A stretch of DNA of 38,284 nt from Octopus sinensis (Eukaryota): positions 1 to 38,284 of the forward strand of contig NW_021832075.1 in the NCBI RefSeq assembly GCF_006345805.1, written 5' to 3'. Made by a program: the position numbers and the translations under genes. A model generated the notes under the pieces. That model was not told the origin of the DNA. It saw nothing but the letters and a program-made list of their open reading frames with translations, and did no database searches. Positions 29,142-38,284 of this stretch are shown here, piece by piece (within the stretch, counting starts at the first letter, position 1; every line of letters begins with the position of its first letter).

Positions 29142-29809
29142 ATGGGTCTACTGGTTTTGACTAGAGATACTTTGTCAAAAATCAAAAAATACAAAGAATC
29201 CCAGAATTTGGATGAGGTTTTGGATAAGAAGGAGAGATATAAAGTCAAACGACATTCAGAAACCTTTTCTTTTGCTGATGGAAAAGCTTATATACGAAGA
29301 AATGGCCTAAAACTACGATTTTTTTGTATTGAAGACGCAGAACTAAAATTACTAATGATTGAAGTACTGGTTGTATCATCTAAAAATAGTCCGAGCATAA
29401 TTCTAATCATTTTGGAAGAGATCGAATGATTAGTCATCTGAAGACAAGGATATATGGTGTTAGCCGTTCTGAAATAATGCAAGTTATCAATAACTGCGTT
29501 TTTGTCAGGTAAAAACATTAAAGTTTATTTATAGTCCAAAAAATTAATGAATAACAAACGGAAATGGAAATTCGACGAAAACGACATTAAGGTTGTTTAT
29601 CATGTGTTATAATGCGGATTAAGGTGGGGGATAATGTTCTATTACGGCAAGATCTTGGTGCTAAAAATAGAAGTTATCCATTATATGATCAAATTGATAC
29701 GAAAAAATATAAAGTTATTGGGAAAGAAAATATGAATTTTTATATTCAAGATGAAGAAGGATCTGTCATAAAAAGAACAAATATTGCGAGACTTTATAAA
29801 ATTAATTAA
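29142..29809 (+). CDS. Spliced Ginger/Gypsy-integrase-derived gene (about 194 aa): HHCC zinc-binding domain joined to the C-terminal domain, no DDE core
   Basis: Exons 29142-29363, 29390-29508, 29535-29591 and 29624-29809; introns of 26, 26 and 32 nt (29 nt if the downstream GT is used). Gives ...LMIE|SEHNSNHFGRDR...NNCVFCQ|SKKLMNNKRKWKFDENDIK|VGDNVLLRQ...YPLYDQ...KIN*. Needs one extra T in the T-run at about 29499-29503. Confidence 0.7.
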
Positions 29810-29879
29810 TGTTTTTGTTTATAAAAAATAATTCTTACTAAGATTCTTTATTAGTACTAATCTAAGAATCATTATTTTA

Positions 29880-30115
29880 TGATTAAAGTTGGAGATAGAT
29901 TAGGGTTGGGCCTTGTGTTAAAATAAGGGTTAAGTATAGGTTGTGGATAGGGATAAGGTTAAATTTAGGTTAGCTTTTGGGATAAAGTCGAGATTTTATC
30001 ACGGGACAAAAATAAAAATGTATTTTTATCACGGAATAATACTTTTTGTATTTTTTTATTTCAAAAAATGCAGTCATAGAGAGACGTGCGGGATAATAAA
30101 AATTAATAGGTCGAC
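29880..30115. repeat. Interspersed repeat with degenerate GGTTAG/TAGGG-rich tract
   Basis: Run of TAGGGTT/TAGGTT/AAGGTT variants followed by repeated TTTTATCACGG. Family not identified. Confidence 0.4.
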
Positions 30116-31129
30116 TTAAAGTAATGTTTCTAGGACCAACTCGACTTGGTCATGGCCAAATATTGCAAAGTGGTGCAGTTTGGACAAAGGACTCTCTTCG
30201 AATTTAATGGATAACCAAACAGCAGAGAACTTATATGTCGTTTGGAGTTTAAGTACATTGAGCAATTCTTACTTGACTCGTTTTTTGGCTGTCTTTGTCC
30301 TTTTTTTAAGAAACGTGGGTCCAATTAGATAAGTATCGCGTCCCCTGAAGAGCAGAAATGTTAAACACTTTTATCAAAAAACCAAATGCCAAAAGAGAAG
30401 CTTTCCCATACCCTGGAAAGACCGAAACAAACAAAGATCTAACCAACAAACGGTTTAACATTATGTGGTTTCAGTTGTTCAGACAAATTGGACCTGTAAT
30501 ATGAAACAGAGCATTGATAATAATAATTTTTAAACATGTTGGCATTTTTTATTTTCAAATTACCAAAGAAGAAGTCTCCAAGTGCATCAGCTTGTATGCC
30601 GAAGAAAGCATTCATTCAATTGAAAATTCTCAGAACTCTATCCAGCTTATGGAAAAACGGGTCACACCAGGTACTGGCGAATATCTACCGTCAATACTTC
30701 TAACCTTCAATTGCCTACGCCTGCGGATCATGGGGTCCGCGGCTATCGTGATCCAACAGGAGGCGAATCGAGGAGACCCAAAAAAAGGTCCACAGATTAA
30801 CCGATCAATAGGTGGCCTTTCTGTCGAGTAGCTGTCCTAAAAGAAGATAAAACATTAATTAAAGATTGGACTTAATTACATTCATGCTTTGATATTAGAA
30901 TAAGAATTTTGATGATCATTCTGAAGTCCGGACTTCAGTTCCAGATTCAAATCTTTTTCTTGGCTCAAGGAAGACAATCATTATTTCAGCTAAAGTAGAG
31001 AAGGGATGTAACTGGCCTGTTTGTTAACGTTAAGCCAAGAGGACCCTTAGGGTCAGAACCAGTTTTTCCAATATGTGAGTTAAGCTAGTCTCAAAGTGCA
31101 CTCATTGCATTTAAATTGATTTTTCAAAA

Positions 31130-31280
31130 AAGTACTGTTTTCCAAGTCTTTTTCGAAAAGAAAGATGGGAGATTTGTCGGATCGTTTACGTTTTCAAAGA
31201 CCTAACATTTAAATCTCGAAAAGTCAAAATTTTTAAAAACTCGATATAATTGATTTGAAATTTTAGAAATGAATTGATGA
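31130..31280 (+). repeat. Imperfect direct repeat of about 32590-32760
   Basis: Shared blocks GATCGTTTACGTTTT, AAAAGTCAAAA, AAAAACTCGATATAATTG and AAATGAATTGATGATT. Confidence 0.7.
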
Positions 31281-31900
31281 TTTAAGGTATTTCGTCAATT
31301 TTAACGCTGTTTTTGGAGTAGAATAATAGTTGTTAAATACTTTTGATTATAGTTTGGATAATTATCGAGCTTCATCTTCTCTTTTTCAATAAAGTGAATA
31401 TATATAATGAGGCGCATTTAAAAACTACGATCTTTAACGGTAGGCCCAACAGACCTCTGATTTGCATTTGGGTTCGGTTTTTTAATTACGATTATAAAGA
31501 TTTTTCTTTCTCACATGCTCACATCGTCCAGTTTTAAAATACGTCTAACATACTTTAGTGTTTGAGAGTTTAATGAAAACATCTCCACCCTCTTTATCCT
31601 CAGCAAAAAATTATCTTTATTCTCAATAAAATTTAAATCTTCATTTTCTAAAAATTGTTTTTCCTCATAATCATACTTATCTATTTTTTCGTGGTTGTTT
31701 TCTAAAACCTTAATTGTTAAAGGCCTATTTAATACAGTTCTCTACGCGGAATTTGGTCACGTTTTATTTGGCAAGAAATCTTGATTGACTAAATTTTAAA
31801 TTCGCCAGTTCTTAGATTTGCCTTATTAAAAAAAAATTCTAGCTTTAATGGATATTTGACATAATTTTTCAAGATTTTTAAATAAAAAAATTGATAAATA

Positions 31901-32415
31901 CAGTGCAACCCCTTATTGGGGCGACCCCGGACGTGGGGCACCCTCGGGTTTTGGGGCAATTTGAATTTCTATTAGGAGTTTTTCTGTTTATTCTTTATAA
32001 GATAAACCCCGTTATGGGGCATTTAATATTTTATATATTTTTTAGTTATAATTTTTGAATAACTAATAATAACGTGTTTCTGTTGTTTTGATGGATGTAA
32101 TTTTGATGGATGTGAAGGTTCTGAGGGCTTCAGAGAACCCGATAATAGTGATAAACATTCATTTCTCGACAAGGTCGTTTTGGATCGATTAATTTGACAA
32201 TGGATCGATTAATTCAAAAGTACCAATTCGGAGCGAAAATAACGGATCATTTCCCGACAAGTAAAGACTAAAATTGTTAAATGAAATTAAGAATAAACAT
32301 CTTTTGGTTTTAAATTAACAAAACGTTAGTTTTTTTCGTTAATATTAGAAAACCCCTCTATCTGGGGAAACCCCTGTTTTTGGGGCACTAGGTGCCCCAA
32401 AAAGAGGTTAGACTG
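31901..32415. mobile_element. Tc1/mariner-superfamily (pogo/Tigger-like) MITE, 515 bp
   Basis: TA|CAGTGCAACCCC...GAGGTTAGACTG|TA with imperfect TIRs and reiterated TGGGGC/GCCCC subterminal motifs. Confidence 0.8.
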
Positions 32416-33699
32416 TAATAGGTTTTAAAAAGAATGGCGCAGCGTAGGTTTAGTATTATAGTAAATACTCCCAAATTTCCCATTTTTAAATTCGCATTTT
32501 TTAAAAAATTCTAGTTTTAATGGAAGTTCGCCAATTCGCGAAAATTTTTCAAAATTTTTAAAAAAGAAATATTTTGTATGAACCAACGAAATACCGCTTT
32601 TTTGTAGGAAAAGTACCGTTTTCCCAAAAATTCTCTTTTTAAAAACAAAAGATTGTCAGATCGTTTACGTTTTTATGTCCTGACATTAAAAGTTTTTTAA
32701 AAGTCAAAAATTTTAAAAACTCGATATAATTGTTTTGAAATTTTCAAAAATGAATTGATGATTCAATTGTTTTAGCACATTTTCTGTGCCAAATTATTTT
32801 TTTTATAAAAATATTTGACTTTTTTTAATGAATAAGAGAAATCGTCAAAAAAAATCTAGCTATTATAAACTGCCTCGCAGGATTGAAAGACAATTCCCGC
32901 GTAAAACAGCGAGCGAGATCCTCTGAATAAGGAATATAAATAATTATTTTTTGATCTTTAAAATAGAGGCCTTCCCTTTTTATGCCCTGCAACCATCCAT
33001 TGTCGCATTTATATAGAAGGATATGCTTTTTGATGTGATATGAAATTTGAGTTTATGGATTACTATCCATATGGCCATGTGGCCACTTTTTATTTACTAT
33101 TAAATTACAAGTAAAAACCTAATCAATGACAGTTTTAGTCTGCTATAATATTTTAATTGATTCGTCAATCATTAGTTAATTGTGGCAAATGAGCTGTTTT
33201 TATTTCTAATTCAAATCTTTCGTATGTTTTTATCCACATTTTTCCATTCCTCAGTGACGTTTAATTCTGCTCTAATATTAGAATAAACATTTCTTTTCCG
33301 TATTTTCTGTTTGTAACTACTTACCTTCTATTCACGATCGACTAACTACTCAAGTAAACGCAGAATCATACTAAAAAATAAAAACACAAAGTGTCTTTAT
33401 CATTGCCATCAAACGACCTACTACAAAGAGGTTGAAGAGCCAAATGTTCACTACTATGCCATCAAACTTTAACTGAGTTAGAAAAACAGTGACTCCATTG
33501 AATGATGAACAATGTTATTTGTAGCTAAAAACGAAATACATGGGTTTTGTAAAAGAATTGACACTCTTATATTGTGCAAAAATCCCTTTGCGCATTTCGA
33601 AATATCTTTAATTGTCCTCATCGAAATCTTTCTTTCAATAATGAAAAAATTTATTAACAAGATAACAGTTTATTATAATAAATTTTAAAAAATGTCGAA

Positions 33700-33930
33700 A
33701 AGGGAGTCCTGGATTATTTGTTTGTTGGCATGCCTGGTCTAGGTCGCTTCGAATTCATGCCTCTCCCGATCTTCTAATAATTTTCTTTTAGGGATACTGG
33801 TAATATGAGTTCATTTAAATTAAAATATTCTTCCATGACGATATTGCACAGTGTTTTGCAATTTTTCCCTAATAAATGTCCAAACAGTCGCCATCTAAAT
33901 TCCATTTCATTTCATATTTTTTTGGCTATT
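33700..33930 (-). mobile_element. RTE-like LINE 3' fragment
   Basis: RWRLFGHLL...NIVMEEYF, homologous to RWSLLDHVLRL...AMDHF near 5000. Confidence 0.55.
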
Positions 33931-34019
33931 GAATATTGAGTGATGTTCGGATTTGTCGTCTATGGAATAAGTCCAATTTTTTTTTGCTTTTGTATCCGAG
34001 ATTGTATAATAGGATATAC

Positions 34020-34630
34020 ATAACGAATCGGCCAACACAGACTGGCTTGTTTCCGTTCCGCCTGTCATCCATACTCAGGCTCTTGGCTGAATGTATTCCC
34101 TTCTCCGCTTTTGGATACTCTCCTTGATAGGGATTTACTCCGTTTGGGTATCTGTAATCGCCTTGGACTCCCTGTCTGCAGACCTCATCCCTGCCGTTGT
34201 GGGCCTAAAGTTGACGTCTTTGGGCTATATGCTCTGTCTTGTCGAATGAGTGCCGCCCGATTTCCTCGGGACAGTGAAATTAAAAATCTAATTTACAAAC
34301 CTCTGGAAAGAGCTGGTTTCCATTCAGTTCTGGAAACGACGAGCCTTGTCTTTGAAGATGCAAAACGTCCAGGCAGTTGTACGGTTTTCTTTTTTGAATC
34401 CAGGAGGCAGCTTGTTTAGGACGTCACCTGTGACGACTCTTTTGCAAAGGGAGCTTTGAATTCCACGGCTTGCCGTCAAGACTTCCTGTGTTTTTGGGGC
34501 CAAGACGCTTGCTCATCTTAAGAAACTTGTTCCAGAGATCATGGGAATCTATATTCCTTATTCACAGGATCTCGCTGGCTGTTTAAAGCGGGAATTGTCT
34601 CTCAATTTTGCGAGCCGGTACTTAATACCT
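34020..34630 (+). mobile_element. CRE-like retrotransposon 3' fragment (CCHC plus RLE)
   Basis: SGSWLNVFPSPLLDTLLD...RLGLPVCRPHPCRCG...ALSC...KRPG...LV*DVTCDDSF...RISLAV. Confidence 0.85.
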
Positions 34631-34989
34631 AGATTTTTTTGATTTGTTTTCGATTAAAAAAATTATAATGTTTATCCTACTAAATCGTCAATTATTGGGG
34701 TTACAACTATTTGTAGTTTCTTCCTTCTATTTTTCAATAATATATTTTAAAATGAAAATATATTAATTAGACCACATTGGCTGACAATGAATAAATAAAT
34801 AACAATACACGTGTCATTTAACGTGAATTGTAGTACGTTCTTGTGTTTTTACATGTCTCATTTTAAATAATCATAATTTAAATCCCCTACTTGAATAATC
34901 ATAATATTTTAAATTATTAAAGAAAAGTTATATGTCTTGTCTACACTAATGTATACTCAATTATGGTAAAACATGGAAATCAAAATAAT

Positions 34990-36170
34990 TGTGTTTATCA
35001 TATTGAAAATGCATTAATGCTGCGTCAAAATTAGTTCATAAAATATATACCCCGGTTCGTAATGTAGGCTTGTTTTTTACGAGAATTTCTTCTCGACACG
35101 TAGAAAGCCAGGCAGTAAACCTCATATGTGTTTCTTTATACTTTTCAAATAATTTCTTTTATATTGAAATTACATCACGAAATCAAATTAATTGCTACAT
35201 CACTGATTAATTATATTTTATTATTGTTTCTTTCTCGTGCATGGGAGTTTTTCGTTTTAAATGGAGCCTCAGAGTAAAGATACAATTTCATATTTTCATT
35301 ATACTTTAATTCATAAAATTAAAAAATATACCCATGCAAGTTATTCTTCATGAACGAATAAAAAGTTCGCTCGCAACAGTTGTGGACCAGGAAATAATAT
35401 AATGTACCCGAGACCCAGCTGTAATCTAGGCTTTTTATTAATAAAAAAATTTCTTTTCCCCGTAGGTGAAGTTTTCCGAAAAATAAAACAGCATTTGTTC
35501 ACTATGTTCATTATACTTTAATAACATGAAATTAGAAAATATATTCATACAAATTATTCCCGTGAGGTTCATATATTTTTTATTTATAGTAAAATTCTAT
35601 TACATAATGGTTGTTTGCTAATAGTTATTACTTCTTCAATTATTCCTTTTTTTGTTTAGTTACTTTCTAAAACATACCAGTTTTAGCCTCCATAATCATT
35701 TTTAAAAATACTTCAACACCAGATTTGTATAGTTTACTATCAAAAAAATTGTGTTAAACATATTGAAAATGCATTAATGTATGGGGTCATTTAAAGAGCG
35801 AATACAAAGTTCGCTCGTAATTTCGTAGCAATTGTACCCCAGCTATAATGTAGGCTTTCTTGAATAGGAAAATTTTCCTTTCCTCGTAAGCGAAGCCTTC
35901 CAAAAATACAACCGCATGTGTTTATTATGTTCATTATACTTTTACATAAAATTAGAAAATAAACTCATAAAAATTATTCTCGTAAGATATAATATTTTCT
36001 ATTTATATTAAATGTTATTACATAATCGTAGTTGCCTAATAGTTATTACATGCTTAATTATTCCTTTTTTATTACTTTTTGAAACATAGCAGTTTCAGCT
36101 TCTATAATCATTTATTAAATACTCTACAGCAGATTTGTATAGTTTTCCATCTTTAAAATTTCGTAAAATG
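34990..36170. repeat. Degenerate tandem triplication, unit about 350-430 bp
   Basis: Recurring blocks TATTGAAAATGCATTAATG (35002, 35761), AAAGTTCGCTCG (about 35383, 35807), ATGTTCATTATACTTT (35504, 35927) and AGATTTGTATAGTTT (35721, 36131). Confidence 0.75.
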
Positions 36171-36939
36171 AATAAAAATTAGTGAATTTGAAGGACTTTT
36201 TGATATGATGTCTTCACATCAAGACCATAACGATGCAACATGCAGTGAGGATTTTTTTACATTTTTAATGAAAGATTGTACATTACCTCACGAACCAAAG
36301 TAAAATCAAAGCATCGTTAGTGCTCCATCTGTGGTGCATGCACTAAGAAAAATGCACTTTTTGTATCAAAAAACAATTAACTGGATCAAAAAAATACGCA
36401 CTTTTTGTGTTTAAAGATAATGAATAATTGACCAAAAGTCCAATATTTCCCATATAAAAATATCGTACATAAACAAGTAACTAAGAGTAATTTTTGCTAC
36501 ATCGTTGATTTATTTAATTAAATTTAAAATTTTTACAGGCAGCACTTTTTATTTCACTGATGACCTATAACATTTCACCAAAAAATAACTTTTTTATGTT
36601 TTCGTTTATTGATTGTATCATTTAACCATAGAACTTTTTTGAAAGAAGTGCTCAAGTTTATTGACAGAGAAGCTCAACAATGACCTTAATGCACGGTATA
36701 ATTTAATAATAGAAAATTAATGTCAAACTTTAATGAATCATCTATTTGCTGAATATAATCTTTTTGATTTTAAAGAAATCATTTGGCTTTCCGATTGCTT
36801 CGGGATGATTAGAAACTTGATGCAGAGAAAATAATGAACCTCTTCATGACCAACAAACGTGAACTCAATCATAAACCCTCACTATCTGTACTTGGATAAC
36901 CTTATAACAAAAAACCCCGAAATTCTGAGTGTCATTATT

Positions 36940-37480
36940 ATCAATCACTGAGTTTCTCTACACATGTGAAAACGATATGTACTAAAGCCAGGTGCAAGTT
37001 GAACGCACTGGTGGCAGTCTTTGGCTAATCTTTTTACAACCCAAGGAAAGTTTAACACTGATGTAAAAACAATTTATCAGAACAACAATGAACTATGGCC
37101 TCGCCTTGTTGGTCTCCGTGCGTCTTGCTCACATTCCTTGAGAGTGCAGAATGCTGGTCTTAAAACCATAACCGAATGTTTAATCCCCGGAAATCGATAA
37201 ACCAGAATCAATATTGCTAAGAAAGAAACGTGTAATTCTTGCAGACTTGGCTTGCGGTGCGGACATCACCCTGTCTTGGACACGATTACATGGGAAAAAA
37301 ACCAGAAGAAACCCTGCCACGTATGTAACTCCAATCCGATCTCCGTTCACCATTTTTATTTGTCCTATACCACTGCCAATGTCGTTAAAACACACGCAGC
37401 GCTTCGGGATCTCTGGGAGCGACAGGGCCACCCTTTACGGCGCTTGTGCTTTTGTATATGAAAAAATTCAGAAAGTCAAC
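36940..37480 (+). mobile_element. Diverged Vingi/Ingi-like LINE 3' fragment
   Basis: THVKTICTKARCKLNAL, RVQNAGLKTIT and CGHHPVL...PCHVC...SVHHF...LWER parallel the RT thumb and C-terminal zinc-finger region of the 21329 element. Confidence 0.65.
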
Positions 37481-37544
37481 TGTTATTACTATTTTATTAC
37501 CGAAAGAAAATGTTTTTCAAACTCTTAAATCTTTTATACATTTA

Positions 37545-37790
37545 GTAAATACTATAAACATCACTGCGATACTATTGGTTTGGAAGAACTTACACGAGCT
37601 TACATTCAGTCGGTGGTAATCAGGAAAACATTGGAGACTATGCGTGTAGAACACAAATTTGGAATGATCCCGTCAGAAAAATGCCAAACGACTCGTTTTA
37701 CAAATGGAACAACAGAAAAGGCTCTGCCAAGTGAGGCCATTGAGTCGAACTTAAGAATGACCACAGAAGAGGCGAACCCTGTGAGATAGA
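37545..37790 (+). mobile_element. 3' tip of an R2/R4-type RLE element
   Basis: IGLEELTRAYIQSVVIRKTLETMRVEHKFG parallels IGIKDSVLAYIQTIALKKTFEGMFVEYKHG at about 27650-27750. Confidence 0.65.
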
Positions 37791-38284
37791 TGAGTGTGCC
37801 CATCGAAGAGATTGGCTTTAGCTCAAAGAGGAGGAGAATCGAGTGAGAGGACGCATTAATTAATTCAATTGATAATAATTAGTTTGACTCTTTATTAATA
37901 AAGGATAAGTTATATACATATCTTTAAATGTTTTTTTTCTTTTTAGGGACAAAGACAGGACACTAGTCACCTATCGACACCTCTGTGTATTAGTCGAAAG
38001 TCAACTCTCTGATGGGGCTATATTCGATCCTCTCTAGCGATACGACTATTTGCCCTTCCAAAGACAACTATCGTGCAATGTCTCCTCTCAGCGCCCAGAT
38101 CTCCATCCTTTTCGACAAATAACCACAAAAGCGAAAATTCAAATTAAAACCCCTCTTCTTTTTGTCTTGTAGTATGAAAGAGTCAAACTCCTCTGAAGGG
38201 AGTGAGCAGGCGGTGGCACTCCCATCTCCTTCCCTTTTTCTCGTCCTTCTTTACTCGTATAAAAAAAAAAAACGCACTGCTTGT

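Noticed and set aside
29890-29975. Telomere-like TTAGGG tract
   Set aside because: Highly degenerate, internal and not a regular array; more like part of a dispersed repeat.
30130-30831. Short ORFs as a possible host gene or CRE remnant
   Set aside because: No convincing motif or consistent splice model.
36240-36400. CSICGAC-like cysteine motif as a transposase C-terminus
   Set aside because: Isolated, flanked by stops, with no supporting domain.

Overview
An AT-rich eukaryotic window made mostly of transposable elements. The only recognisable host gene is a metazoan-like MCM6, present twice (1271-3908 and 18614-21262) within a ~4 kb near-identical duplication. Each copy has ten ultra-short GT-AG introns (24-29 nt in copy 1), reminiscent of dicyemid-type compact genomes (inference). 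Scattered 1-nt indels look like long-read consensus errors. Mobile elements: a near-intact two-ORF APE-RT LINE (9294-13108); a Vingi/Ingi-like LINE carrying a 2A-like motif (DIEPNPGP); RTE-like, CRE-like and R2/R4-like fragments; two hAT elements with perfect 8-bp TSDs; a pogo-like MITE; and a cluster (25.4-29.8 kb) of TGTCAC-terminated Ginger-like elements with TAATA 5-bp TSDs. The most interesting signal is in that cluster. A spliced integrase-derived gene (29142-29809) keeps the HHCC zinc-binding and C-terminal domains but lacks the DDE core. It shares one intron with a divergent paralog and has another intron bounded by an 8-bp direct repeat, which suggests recent intron gain. All family assignments come from motif recognition, not database searches.
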